From: Craspedostauros australis
Taxonomy: Eukaryota
Reading direction: 5' to 3'
NCBI GenBank assembly: GCA_030167865.1
Contig: JALAGF010000257.1
Span: 1 to 41,517, forward strand
DNA: 41,517 bases
Of the stretch, positions 29,161 through 41,055 are shown one piece after another. The notes beneath the pieces are model-generated. The model made no database searches. It saw only the letters and a list, made by a program, of their open reading frames with translations, and was not told where the DNA came from. Numbering within the stretch: position 1 is the first letter of the stretch; every line of letters starts with the position of its first letter. The position numbers were made by a program, and so were the translations under genes.

Positions 29161-32100
29161 TCATAGTTGAAGCTTGATGACGCGGATGTCCTGCGATATG
29201 AGATCGGTATCAATAAGCTGCTCGCCGTATCCGTAGGCCACTTCGCGGTTCCTTCGTTTCAGATGCCTCTTGCCCGCTCGGCCATACAGGGTTCGCAGCT
29301 CATCAAAGTTCTGATTGTTCGGCTTCAGCAGGTTTGGAATGGGTTCGCCAACAGACAGCGACATGCAGCCCTTCTTCTTCCAATCTTCCTCCTCTTCATC
29401 GTCGACTGGATGGTCCAAACCCAAGGCGTGTCCCAGTTGATGGCATACGTTGTACAGATCCCATCCTTCCGACGTCGCGTAATAGTCATTCAGCCGGATG
29501 GAACTTGCGATGATCTCATTGCCAGCCAGGAAGAGAAGTGCCAAGCCTCTCCACTGGGTAATCCCATAGTTTCCGTTGCATATCTTGATCGCCCCAGTGA
29601 CAGGCGCGCAAGCCGTCTCGTGCGGGGCATCCTTCACCGTGAGATCGATAGCTGCTGCCTTGCTCCAGTCCCGTGCACTGTCAGTAACAAACGGCTTCCA
29701 CATGCTCTGCACCGCGCTCAACACTTCGAGGCGGAGACCATTTGTGTTGTCACCTTGCTGCCACAGGAATTCACCTTCGATGCTCCCGGTCCAAGGCCCC
29801 TCATCGACCGCGATACTGGTCCAAGACGGAGAAGAGCTCGGAATGTCCGAGACTTCCTCCGGGATGGTCGGCTCTGCCGTTGGTTCAATGGAGTGCTCGA
29901 TTGTTGGCGCTGCCGTCGGCGCCGAAGTTGGGTTGGAAGAAGGCATTTCTGTTGGTGTCACTGAGGACATGGCTGTCGGATCAGTTGTGGGCAGTGCCGT
30001 GGGTCCCACGCTGCTTTTCGCGCTCGGTGAAGATGTCGCCTCGACAACGGGTTCTTTCGTTGGAGACTGTGATGGAAATTGGGTTAGAAATTGGGTTGGA
30101 TTCGAAGTCTGCTCTCCGTTGGTGGGCACCGTAGGGGTAGTTGTGGGGGCTTTCGACACGGCGCCTGCCGGGGCCATCGATGGCATGCCGGTTGGGAGCG
30201 AGATTGGATTCGGATTTGGGTTTGGTGGGCCGGAATTCTCTCCTGAGAGTGCCGATGGCATCATCGATGGAGTCATTGAGGGAGTAGTATCACCATCGTT
30301 ATCACCACCGTTGTCACCACCGATGTCAGGCAGCGGAGAAATGGTGGGGCTGCCAGTTGGTAACAACGTGAAGATGATCTCCCGAGATGTACTGGGCGGA
30401 GAAGCGTTCACATTCGATGACCCAATGGGGCTGTCTTGTGAGAATCCAAGGAAGAAGACGAGTAGAACGATCAGCAAAATGAGAAAGAGTAGGCAGAGGA
30501 TCACAGCCCTGCGGCAGAAGAGGCTCATGCACTTGTTGCGTTTTCGTGTCGTTGTGTACATGGCGCTCGTGGCTGCAGAGTGTTCTGCCATGCTCAGGCC
30601 TGATCCATCAATCCCATTGCCGTTACGGTCGCCGTTGTTCTCATTTGGTTCTTGCTTGGAAAACGATAGCCAGCCGCTCATTTGAGATGCAGAGCCGAGA
30701 GATAGCCGGTTGTTGAAGAACGAGGCGACGGTGGGCGGTGGATTCGATGCCGACTGCGAATCATCCGTGCGTGTCACTTGTGGTCCATACGACGACCCAC
30801 CTCCGATCACGGTGGAAGCTATGGCGATGTTGCCATTCTCGTGCATGCTGTTGCCGTTGTTGCCAGTGTTGCCGATGACATACTGCGGGGAGTGTCCATC
30901 GAAAGCTCTGGCCATGCGAAGACCACCGTAGGTATCTTCCGAATCATATCCGTCGTAGCTGTTGCTAAAATCCCAATTAATTGGATCAGCCGTCGTCGGT
31001 GCTGGAGCAACCATGTGTGTTGGTAGGATCGATGAGTCGGATGCGGATTCCAGTTGTCTATCTTCCGTCTGGGTCTCCATTTCTTGATGAGGCATATTGA
31101 GTATGCCACAGTTGAATCGATCGCGGATGTGCTGGATGTGCGCATCAGAGAGGACTGATGGGTCTTCGATGTTGTGGCTGTCGTGCAACTGCACATCGAC
31201 CAAGTAGCTCTCTGAATCGACACTTTGATCCGCGCTGGCCTCAAACGATCCCAGCAACGACGGATCGGGCTGGTTGGAATAGGAGTAGGACAAGTCTGAT
31301 GGAGACGGATTTGACAACGACATGAAAGATGCTGGTGATGCTGATGCCGATGCTGGCGATGGCGACGGCGAGGATGTCGATGATCGCGACGATGATGGTG
31401 ATGGTGGAACTCCGGGTGTCACACCCTGGTTCTGGCTCTGATGCCTCGGCGAATTGCCTTGGAACAAGGAAAGCGACAATCGGTGGATAGGCGAGTGGGT
31501 GAAATCGCTGCTCGGTCCAACTTGATTGAGCTGATCGAGATGGACGCGGCCAACGGGCTTAGCCGGTGTGATTTCCATGTTCTCACCCGTGTCATCGGCT
31601 CCTTTTGCAGCAGTGCCAGTACTTGCCTGAGTCGGAACGAAACCATGGGTCGATTGGCCTGTGGAAGACACCCCTGGAGTTGTTGTTGATTGTGGATGCG
31701 ATGATGGTGTTGATACAGAAGGTGTCGACGGCACCATGAATGGTGTTTGCGGCGACTGGGGAAGCGGCTGCGATTCTGTTTGTGAATGTCCAGGTGGCTG
31801 CGTTTGTGCAATTGTCGCACCACTTCGCTTCTGGTTTGGAGAACTACCTGATGGAGTCGAAGGCACAATAGTGGCGCCGCTGTATCTGTGCATGACATCT
31901 CCATATGGTTGTTGCAGAATCTGCGGTGTGCTAGGTTCGTCTTCGATGTAAATGTCGTGATCTTGCAAATCGCTCTCCTGAAAGTTGATAGGCCTGGAAA
32001 TCTTGTTGATGGGACTTGCTGAATGCGATAGCGATGGCGATGCCGAGGGAGCGATGGTTGGCTGTGACCTGTGGCCATCGGAACGAAACACTTCAGACAC

Positions 32101-33195
32101 CAACGACTGGCTCGGAGACGACCAACTTCCGACCCCAGGTGCTGCATGCTGAAGATCGCTGGGGCTTCCTTGCATGAAGATGCGGGCCTTCTCTTCGGAG
32201 AAAATGAGCGAATCCCTCTCGTCGTCGTCGTCATCATCAGTCTCGAAGACCATGAGGGATGATGCTGCGCCAAGGATGGAGGGTAACGTACTGGCAATCA
32301 CAGGTTTGTTTGGTGAGACAGGCTTCGTCTTGTCCGCTGATGTACGAATACGTGGTGCGGAGTCCTTGTGTGATGAGAGGGCCACGCGCGCGCCGCACAG
32401 GGGAGAAGATGTAGCGGTGGACGATGGCGAGAACATGTCATCCGATGATGAAGAGGTTGTCGGTTGCATCGGACCAGCCTTGGATGTTTTGTGGTCTTCA
32501 TATCTTGACCTTTCGGATCTATTGTTCGGCGATCTGTCTGCATGGTTGAGAAACGGTCCTCCGCTTGTCTTTGCTGTGCCTTTTGCTACGCTCTTTTCGG
32601 CACTTCTCCAGATACTCGCCGAGGGAGGGGTCTTGCAGTTCCCTGCCGGTACATGATTCTCCTTGTCGACCGGAGTTTGTCTCGCGATGACACCGTCTGT
32701 GGCATCGGCCGGATAGCCAACTCCTTTCAGTATCTCCAGCATGTGACTCGTTGCAGACAGATTGAGCGGTGAGTAGCTTGCGGCTGATGGAGTTGGGCTC
32801 ATTTGCTTTAGCGGTGACGCAGAAGGACTCTCATCAGGACACATCCGCACGTTGCCGCGGTCGGAAAGGCGTGGGCGGCTCCCTCGAGTCTTCGACCCGC
32901 CAGATCGGGTCGGACGGTCTTTGTGATACAGCAGAAAGACAGGGTCCAGTGGTGTGGAGGGAGCCGAGTCGGTGGTCTGCGATCCTTGTCTTGGAGTGAA
33001 CTGCGCGGTGTGGATGTTCTGCAACGATACTGCATGGGGGCTCTGCGATACTTGGCTTGAGGCAGCCTCCATGTTGCTGTCACGCTGCCACCTGCTCTGA
33101 CTGTTCAGCTCTGCATCTGCATCTGCGTCCACATCGACTCGTCGTCGCGAGGATGGGGTCTGCCAGTGGTGATTTGCGTATGGCGCCGAACTCAT
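29161..33195 (-). CDS. Type-II membrane protein: disordered Ser/Pro-rich N-terminus, one TM helix, Pro/Thr/Ser stalk, C-terminal metzincin (M10-like) domain with HQxxH; 1344 aa
   Basis: Uninterrupted 4-kb ORF. Basic RKRNK/RR precedes the TM segment AVILCLLFLILLIVLLVFFLGF. PT.xPS repeats follow. The C-terminal domain has W....A....,CNGNYG...WRGLA, CHQLGHALGLDH and a Met-turn-like GCM. Confidence 0.88.
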   Translation of the reverse strand: MSSAPYANHHWQTPSSRRRVDVDADADAELNSQSRWQRDSNMEAASSQVSQSPHAVSLQNIHTAQFTPRQGSQTTDSAPSTPLDPVFLLYHKDRPTRSGGSKTRGSRPRLSDRGNVRMCPDESPSASPLKQMSPTPSAASYSPLNLSATSHMLEILKGVGYPADATDGVIARQTPVDKENHVPAGNCKTPPSASIWRSAEKSVAKGTAKTSGGPFLNHADRSPNNRSERSRYEDHKTSKAGPMQPTTSSSSDDMFSPSSTATSSPLCGARVALSSHKDSAPRIRTSADKTKPVSPNKPVIASTLPSILGAASSLMVFETDDDDDDERDSLIFSEEKARIFMQGSPSDLQHAAPGVGSWSSPSQSLVSEVFRSDGHRSQPTIAPSASPSLSHSASPINKISRPINFQESDLQDHDIYIEDEPSTPQILQQPYGDVMHRYSGATIVPSTPSGSSPNQKRSGATIAQTQPPGHSQTESQPLPQSPQTPFMVPSTPSVSTPSSHPQSTTTPGVSSTGQSTHGFVPTQASTGTAAKGADDTGENMEITPAKPVGRVHLDQLNQVGPSSDFTHSPIHRLSLSLFQGNSPRHQSQNQGVTPGVPPSPSSSRSSTSSPSPSPASASASPASFMSLSNPSPSDLSYSYSNQPDPSLLGSFEASADQSVDSESYLVDVQLHDSHNIEDPSVLSDAHIQHIRDRFNCGILNMPHQEMETQTEDRQLESASDSSILPTHMVAPAPTTADPINWDFSNSYDGYDSEDTYGGLRMARAFDGHSPQYVIGNTGNNGNSMHENGNIAIASTVIGGGSSYGPQVTRTDDSQSASNPPPTVASFFNNRLSLGSASQMSGWLSFSKQEPNENNGDRNGNGIDGSGLSMAEHSAATSAMYTTTRKRNKCMSLFCRRAVILCLLFLILLIVLLVFFLGFSQDSPIGSSNVNASPPSTSREIIFTLLPTGSPTISPLPDIGGDNGGDNDGDTTPSMTPSMMPSALSGENSGPPNPNPNPISLPTGMPSMAPAGAVSKAPTTTPTVPTNGEQTSNPTQFLTQFPSQSPTKEPVVEATSSPSAKSSVGPTALPTTDPTAMSSVTPTEMPSSNPTSAPTAAPTIEHSIEPTAEPTIPEEVSDIPSSSPSWTSIAVDEGPWTGSIEGEFLWQQGDNTNGLRLEVLSAVQSMWKPFVTDSARDWSKAAAIDLTVKDAPHETACAPVTGAIKICNGNYGITQWRGLALLFLAGNEIIASSIRLNDYYATSEGWDLYNVCHQLGHALGLDHPVDDEEEEDWKKKGCMSLSVGEPIPNLLKPNNQNFDELRTLYGRAGKRHLKRRNREVAYGYGEQLIDTDLISQDIRVIKLQL

Positions 33196-34844
33196 CGTTG
33201 GTTGGGAATGGCTTCAAGATGACTTCGCTGTCCGATTGTGCCTTCTATGGGATGTGGTGGGTTGCAATGGGTTGTGACAAGTCGCGATGGGTTGTGATGC
33301 GTGGTGAAGGCAGTCGGCACTGTAAATGGAGCTGCAGGAAGAATCGACAACGGGTTGACTGGTGTTCGTGATCGTGGTGGTACTGTGGATGCTATTGTTG
33401 CCAACCTTGATGTTGCTGTCGCTGCTGGCGTGGTGTGGTACTCTGTCGTGTGTGCCATGCACTCAACACGTTGAAGTGATGGGTCCATGAGCACCACTCC
33501 TCGCATTACTCGTAGTAGTGGCACAGAGCCTCCCGTTCAGCCATGAACAAGGCCGATGTCAGTCTTTGCAACCCACCCAACTAAACATGTCACAAACACA
33601 CACCGCCGGCCATCAAAGTACGAAATTCAAACTGGATTGCACACGATGAAAATGTGACCGTTCAAACCCTCTCTTATGATTACATGTGTCGCATGAGACA
33701 TGAATGACAAATCCATGAGAGAAGGGCGACCTGAATAACGAATCGTGTCATGAGTTGTTCAAATTGGTGGGTTGCGAAAGGAAACACGTGGAGCAGTAGC
33801 AGATAGTGCGGGTAGTAGTGGTGGCAGTGGACCGAAAAGGAGATGGACGCGAAGACTTCCCCAACTGCAGAAATCAGGTACACGCAATCTGAAAACACAA
33901 GACAACAATTATAGCATAGAATAGAATATTATATAATATTGTTAGTATGACCAAAATCATACGATGCGATGATGCTTGCGGCATCCATACTATACTACAC
34001 TATTGTACTATACTCCATTTACCGACGTTGCAAGTGGCAAAACGCATCCCACTCTTGGAAGGTCGCAGGCATGCGCTTGAGAGTTGTGGAGGACGCAACG
34101 AGTGTGGCATAGTAGTAACTATGGCACGAGTAGTCGTATGGCACGGCTATTGCATGATGCCATGGCAATCTCTCTCTCTCCCTTGCTACACGGACATGCA
34201 CTTATGCTGCCAAAGAATGCCATGAGGCACAGCAAAGTGAAGTTCAACAACTGAACCAACGCACGGATCATGAGATAACCTCGATTGATAGGGAGCAGTT
34301 GAAGAAATGATGGAGGTGTGATGAAGCGAAGCAACGCCACCTTCCCACCTTTTGTCATGACAGCCTGCCACACCCCTTCTTCGCAATTCACAACACCGAA
34401 GGAATCAGCGGAAGAAGATTCGGCCAGAGATGAATCACATGCCTGCTCTGCGGCAACGCGGGTCGAACAATGGTCCAACGGAACGAGCGGTACCACGACC
34501 GCTCAGGGAAGGCAGAGGAGAAGGGAAGAAAAAGGCAGTTGATGTGCATGGCCAAAGACAGGACAGTCGAGGCAGACAGCGCCGCGCAGATTGATCCCTA
34601 AAGAGAGCAACCCACGTATACGCCGCGTGCGCAGTTGCGCTTGTACCATTCATGGACGAGTAAGTGTACGTGTACGTGTACGTGGATACATTCCCCTCGG
34701 CATGTATTAATTTTAGTGTGCGGATTGCTGTGTTCATGAACCCTATTATATGAATAATACCATACGAGTACCATACTAAACTATACCAGTATGCTGAGCC
34801 TTTGTTCGTCAACTGCTCTGCTCCCATCACGACAAAAGCGTATT

Positions 34845-36728
34845 TCACTGGAGAGATTCAACAGGGTCCGGCAGTGGGCAATGAACGCTGTTCTGCCTAC
34901 CCTGCGGCGATACAGGTATCGAGTCATCCGTCGATTCCTGTGTCTTCCAGCGGTCATCCGAGAATGATGACCAGCTCGCGTTGAAGGACCGGAGGCTGTC
35001 GTGCTGGAACATGGCGTTCTGCGCGGCGCCGTCGTTGTCATCGTCGCCATCGATGCTGTCGAGACCGTCCGTATCGAAGAGGTCGGTTTTGTCGTCATCG
35101 TCGGTCATGGAGCTGCTCAGGGATCGCATCCGGAGCCTGTCGAAGCGTCTCTTTCTTCGCGGCGATATTGGGCTGCCTGGCGACGATATCGTCGAGATGG
35201 ACAGGTCGGTGGCCTGGTGTGACAGACTCCTTCGTGAGTTCTGCTGGCGGCATTGTTCCATGAGCAACGCCGTCTGCATGTGGTGCAAGGCGCGTTCGGT
35301 CTTCTTCTGGGCGGAGATCGTATCCCCGAGTCCGGATGGGCTCAAGGGAAGGATGTGTTCCTGTCCGATGAGCTTGTTGGCCTCGTCGTAGCTCGTGGAC
35401 TCTTGGCGCGACATCGATATCTTGGTGAGGGAGTCTCGTGGAGAGCAGTCCCGCACACAGTTGTGCTGCCAGCGGTTGCCGGCGATGGATTCGCTCACCG
35501 ACCGCGAAAGCACGATGGTGGACCGCGGCGATGAGAAAGTGGGATCGCGGAGAGCTCGCGCTTGTTCGCATCTGTCGCTGTTCTCCTCGTTATCGAAAGC
35601 GTCGTGTGTATCGACAGTGTCGACGCCGCTGTCGAGGCTCTTGTCCGTCTTGCTGTGCTGCGTCATGCGGTGGAGCGAGGCAAGCATGAGCGAGTCTCCA
35701 GAGCGGCTTCGAACCGGGGTCATCGGGATCGTATCTCCCCTGATGCATCCCGTGCTTGAGCGATGATGGCGAAAATGGTGATGATGCCGATTGATGGAAT
35801 CCGGGATGGTTCTGGAAGCCGCCCCAAACTCCTTGGCTTCCTTTGCGCCTTCCTCCTCAATGGCTTCTGTGTGAACATGGCCATCATCGGAGGTGTTTTG
35901 CGCTGTGGTGTCGTGGCATGCCTGGCCAGATGGTGATGAAGGGTTGGCAAAAACGCGAACATTTGTGGATGAAGCGGGCACGTCGTCCTTGTCGTTGGCT
36001 TGCGGCGTTGGGGATGAGTGCAAAAGCGAGCACGATGGCAATGGCACCGAGGAAGGCGGCGCCGCTGCTTGTGAGGAATCGAATGCCTTGGGGATGTTGG
36101 TGGTGTCGTTGTTGTTGCTGCTGCCGATGTTGGTGAACGCAGGAGGCAACGCTTGAGACGAGCTGGTGCGATAGGGCAGGACGGGAGGGGCGATCAAGTC
36201 GCAGCTCTCCTCTGACGAGACGGTGGCGATACAGGAGTCATGAAAGTGCGGGTGCTGGTGGTGATGAGCAAAAGACATCGACATCATGCTGTCATGGCAT
36301 CCGAAAGACGCCAGGCTGGGCATGCTGTCATCGGTTGGGCATCCGCTGCTGTGGTTCTTCTCGTTGAAAGAGAGGGTGCTGGAAGCGACGGTTCTTGTGG
36401 ATGTGTGGCTCGACATGGCGAACGCAGTCTTCGGTGATCTTGGCTGAGGTGCAGGGCAGTGCAGAGACAGCGGTTCGAGGCTCTGCTCATCCTCATCGTC
36501 GCCGTTACCGTTGTTGGTGTTGCCATCATCGAGTTGGTCGTTGGGGTTGGCACCCTCCATGTCCCATTCGAAGGCCTTCGAAGCTGAGAGATCATTGAGG
36601 AATGTCTCTTCGCTGCATGTGCTGCCTTCATCGCAGCTGCTGCTGCTGCTGCTGCTGTAGCCCGGATCATGTGTCGCATGGGTGGCGGAGAGCCCTCCCT
36701 CCGAGTAGAAGGATGGAATACGATCCAT
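34845..36728 (-). CDS. Ser/Asp-rich intrinsically disordered protein of unknown function, ~627 aa
   Basis: Long ORF, first plausible ATG MDRIPSF at 36728. Short linear motifs (PVLPYR, PMTPVRSRS, NRW, DDRW, PVSPQGRQNS) are of the kind common in diatom orphan proteins. Confidence 0.75.
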   Translation of the reverse strand: MDRIPSFYSEGGLSATHATHDPGYSSSSSSSCDEGSTCSEETFLNDLSASKAFEWDMEGANPNDQLDDGNTNNGNGDDEDEQSLEPLSLHCPAPQPRSPKTAFAMSSHTSTRTVASSTLSFNEKNHSSGCPTDDSMPSLASFGCHDSMMSMSFAHHHQHPHFHDSCIATVSSEESCDLIAPPVLPYRTSSSQALPPAFTNIGSSNNNDTTNIPKAFDSSQAAAPPSSVPLPSCSLLHSSPTPQANDKDDVPASSTNVRVFANPSSPSGQACHDTTAQNTSDDGHVHTEAIEEEGAKEAKEFGAASRTIPDSINRHHHHFRHHRSSTGCIRGDTIPMTPVRSRSGDSLMLASLHRMTQHSKTDKSLDSGVDTVDTHDAFDNEENSDRCEQARALRDPTFSSPRSTIVLSRSVSESIAGNRWQHNCVRDCSPRDSLTKISMSRQESTSYDEANKLIGQEHILPLSPSGLGDTISAQKKTERALHHMQTALLMEQCRQQNSRRSLSHQATDLSISTISSPGSPISPRRKRRFDRLRMRSLSSSMTDDDDKTDLFDTDGLDSIDGDDDNDGAAQNAMFQHDSLRSFNASWSSFSDDRWKTQESTDDSIPVSPQGRQNSVHCPLPDPVESLQ

Positions 36729-39700
36729 GGTGTTGGGGATGAGATGGCGACTGCGAGTCAAAGGGAGAAAGGCGCTTGATGGGTGCGTGTGGGAGGATTC
36801 GCGTTGGCAGGAGGACGACGTCGACGATAGCGATAGCCTTGACGATGCAGGGATCTGCTCGAGGTGGACCTTGACTTGTGGACAGGACTGTGGCTGAGAG
36901 GTTGTCGGTGATCTGGTGGAGCAATCCGCAACCATTGGTCTGATCCTTTCGAAGCTGTGGGAGCAAATGAGAGCAAATGAGAGCGAGTGATGAGCTGCGA
37001 TGCTGCGATGCTGTCGCGATGATGTCCTTGATGGCCTCTCGTTTGGACCGTTGGCGATCTATCGTGCTGTAAGATCTGTGTGCGACCTGTGATGGAAATC
37101 GAAGCGTGCTCGGAATTACGAACCGAACTGTTGACGAACAAAGAGGCTCGAGCGGTGATGGATGCGAGCCGAGGAATCTTCTACTGGTATTTATGTTGAT
37201 GGGTGGTGCCGTGGATGTCCGTATCCGTATCGTCGGCGTGTGGTACGTGCACGAGTGCGGCCGATTACTCTTACTCGGATGGTAGGTATGATTACGTTTG
37301 ATTACGTATTATCTGATTGTGTTTTATCCACACAAGTAGAATAGTTCGTTGGCGCTGATGATGGATGAGAAATAGACCCTTGTGGAGGAATGCGAGTTTG
37401 GGAGAGAGATCGAAAGTCGGAGACAAGGAAATGCGTATGTGCGGAGGAGGGGGATGCAGGCCGGGGGCGGAAGTAATTGTATGTGGAGTGTGTGTGGATG
37501 TGTTTCGTTGCGAATGTGTTTGCACAATTGCCATCGGATGTGTTTTGTGAGGTCAGGAGGAACTGGAAGTGGGCCAAGGAGGAGAAGCTGCTCCTGTTTA
37601 CTAGTACTTCCGCAGTACTCTACGCCCTCGCAACGTGAGCACAAAAGACGAGGCCATTGTTCGTGTGCGGACAGGGGGCTTTGCTCGCCTTCATGAACCA
37701 ACACTCGATTTCATCCACGTAAGAGTCTTGTGCGTTTTCTGGGACATTCTCCACAAGGTGCTTCGGGGGCATGTTTGATTGGGCTGACAAGATCACGGAT
37801 GATGTCGGATCGACGGTCCATGTTGAACCCGACGGATTCCTTGTTTCTGCCATGAGAACATCGAAAGATAATTGCCCACCCAAATGATGGGATTGGTTCA
37901 TAACTGGTGGGAAGGGCTTACCCGGACCTACGGACGCGCACGCTCAGTCCACCCTCACACTGGTACGAATCAAATGGCGACGAACGCCAATAGAGCCAAT
38001 TGGGCACCACAATTGCCCCAAAGATCGTTGCTGGGCGCCTCCAGCCGACAGCATTGCTCACGTCTCTGTCAGAGTGATCCTTTGTCATAAATTCGAAGGT
38101 GCTTGAATGCGGCAGGGTCGTGTTCTTCTTTGTTGATCCGGTCCTCCACGATGGAGGCGAAGAACCTGCCGTGCCTCCGCAACGAAGCCTTCGCAACGAT
38201 CGCAAGGGGCCGCTCAGGGACTATGATCCCGCGAAGGAGCATTGTCACCGGCATCCGACACCAATCACATCAATCCAACCGTCCACGAAGAACGAGGCCC
38301 AAGAAAGTAGTGAAACAGCAGTACTCTGCAGGTACATCCCGAAGCATGCGCACGACAAGAAAGAGACTTCGCGTGATGTGGGAGAGATGGTAGAAGCATT
38401 TGGCTTCCACAGATCACGACGCCGAAAGCAGCAGCGCCTTTCCAGGGCAGAGCGATGTCCAAGGACATGAACTACACGACACCGACATCGATCGAGTGTC
38501 TATTATTCGGGAAGTGTGGCGCAAGACTGCCATCGATCGACTGCTCTATTACTATCATACTGCGAGTACTACCTTCACTCCAACACATGCAATGAGCGAT
38601 GTCCCATCCATGTATTCTATAAAACACTGCAGTGAAAGCGATGGACGGTCAACCCTGCATTGGGCTTCATTGAGCTTCATCGAGCTTGGCCGAGCTTTGA
38701 GTAGAGTACATGTTGTCGCACGCTTTTACCATCGTTCCACGACGTTGAATCGCTGCATGGTCTTGTGCAGAAGCTCTGCGGAGACTCCACACTGCATTGC
38801 GGACATAGAATTGCATGTTTGCAGCCACCAAGATGGCTCGGAATTTATTGGAATCAGCGTAGACGAGGCCGGGCCATTCGCTACTCACAAAATGATGCTG
38901 CTCGAGCAAAACTCATGGACTTCTTCAGATGTGACTTGTACTTGTGCGGTGCGGAAGTGCTGTTGGAACAGAAGCCCGGATGCATGAGGAGATGGATGTT
39001 GATTGCGATGTGCTTGCACATGCACATGCACATACATGTACAACGACTCGTGCAGTGGGCGATGCTGATGGCTCGGGTTGGGTCGTCCGCTGTTCTCGTT
39101 CACTGGTCATGATGGGCCACGCTCATCTCTGATCGTGGCGACTCATGCCTATCGTACTGGCATGGCACACAGCGTCCATTGAAGCCGGGGAGAAGTCGTT
39201 CACTGCTGTGGATCGCAGATTCAGTGCCACGCGAGGATGGCGGAATTCCAAGGACTGCCGGTTGGGCCCAAGATACCAGAAGACTTATCCAAGACCAAAT
39301 CAATGGCAGATGACGCACGATAAGAATTGGCCAAAGACTTACTGCTCTGCCCATGACGCAGTTCTGCGTCCGAGTCCATCATCGGTCCTGGTGCGGTAAC
39401 GCTACTGGCCCCAACAGAAACTCTCCACTCGCGGAGAGAGCGCAACCGGTGGCAGGTCTCTCCCTTCTCTCTCTCTGCGTTTCTGTTTTGCTCTTGGACA
39501 TGAGTCCTGGCACCTCGGCGCGGATCGATCAGCTGATCCGTCCGACAGTTGGAGATGGTTGCGCTTGGAATCCACCTATTCTCTTCCCCTGATCAATGAT
39601 GGAGATTCAACAAGTGCGTACTCGGAAAGTGCACTCTGTGGTTGTGCCGACAACACCCTGACGGGCCTCAGCGTTGATGCGTTGGGTGTTGGGGCGAGCT

Positions 39701-39854
39701 CCCGTGTCACATTCACGAACGAATCTTTGCTCCGGCCAGTGTTGGAGTTGGGTTGGGTTGCTGATTCTATCTTGACAAAAGTCTGCAACCAGACACGAAT
39801 GGACCAATGCCACAGCAAGAACAACATCTGTGTCTGAGGAGTCTTGCCCAAAGT

Positions 39855-39892
39855 TGATGTGTGTCTCGTGTGATGTGTGTCTCGTGTGATGT
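39855..39892. repeat. 16-bp tandem duplication (TGATGTGTGTCTCGTG) x2.4
   Basis: Seen directly. Confidence 0.9.
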
Positions 39893-40984
39893 CCACCTCT
39901 CATGCCGGCAATGTGACGTGCCATGACAGCAAGACGGAGCAACAACGACAGCAAGGAGCGATTTGGCGTTGCTGCCTGCTTCGTTCCGTCTGCGCAGGTC
40001 GCCTCAGAAGGTTGCTACAGAATCGAGGCATTTGACCATACTATACGTTCGAAGTGGGAACACAAGATGCGACTCTCTTCAAGAAAGCTTAGGCTGGCAG
40101 AGCACAGGTACTCGTGCGGTGGATCAAGAAGGGCACATCATTTTCGATTCAAGTCGTCGCTTCAATTTCCAACCGTGGCCCGTCCTTTTGTGTGGCCAAG
40201 AGGATGAGGTGCACATAGTATACCTCACAACGCCGAGAATATCCAACCTTCGTCGGAACAGTTGGTCTTATTCGCTGCATCTGGAGCTCAAGACGGTATA
40301 GGCAAGGGGAGAACGGGCACACACGCTTCTTCATCGCACGCCACAACATCTGATCAGTTGCGCTCTTGAGGAGACATCTAATAGAAGCCGTAGCAGACTC
40401 ACCCTTGATGCATGGCGCGAACGTACTCGTAGAGTGCAGACAATCCCGGCACGAGCAGAGCAATAATTACCACGCAAGGGCACGCCAGAGGCTTCTGACC
40501 AACGCCCTTTCTCTGATCGCATTGTTCAGAGCCAGAAAGTGCAGTTCTCGAGCGTACACACCATGGATAGCGAGTGAACTTATTGCTCCATGCAATGGGG
40601 TCGTTGTTGATGTTGACGTTGATGTTCATGTTGATGTTCATGAAGCAGCGGAGTTGTGAGTGTGCAACCGATAGTCCCCAGCCCATGCCCACAAGCATGC
40701 TCCAACCGGCACAACATGTGCCACAAAAGTCAGACTGAGTGCATCAGTAGTGCAGTATGGAATGCATCAGACTGTCTGCACCAATCTTGTGACACAAGAT
40801 AAGCAGGAGGCAGCGACTATGGGTGTTTGTTTGTATTGAGGCTCGTGGACTCGAGATGTTGCCTTTGATCCGCCCACCGCTCGGGTGCAGAGGAGAGGAA
40901 TATTGTCAACATATTCAAACATAATATTATTAAAATCTAATTTCAACAGGAGCAGCATTAACAGGACTGCGAGGTTCGACCACA

Positions 40985-41055
40985 GCACCAGTGGTTTAGT
41001 GGTAAAATCCAACGTTGCCATCGTTGGGCCCCGGGTTCGATTCCCGGCTGGTGCA
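40985..41055 (+). tRNA. trnG-GCC: tRNA-Gly (anticodon GCC), no intron
   Basis: GCACCAG/CTGGTGC acceptor stem with discriminator A; D-arm GTTT-AGTGGTA-AAAT; anticodon arm CAACG-TTGCCAT-CGTTG; T-arm CCGGG-TTCGATT-CCCGG. No encoded CCA. TTTT at 41066-41069 and an AT-rich tract upstream. Confidence 0.97.
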
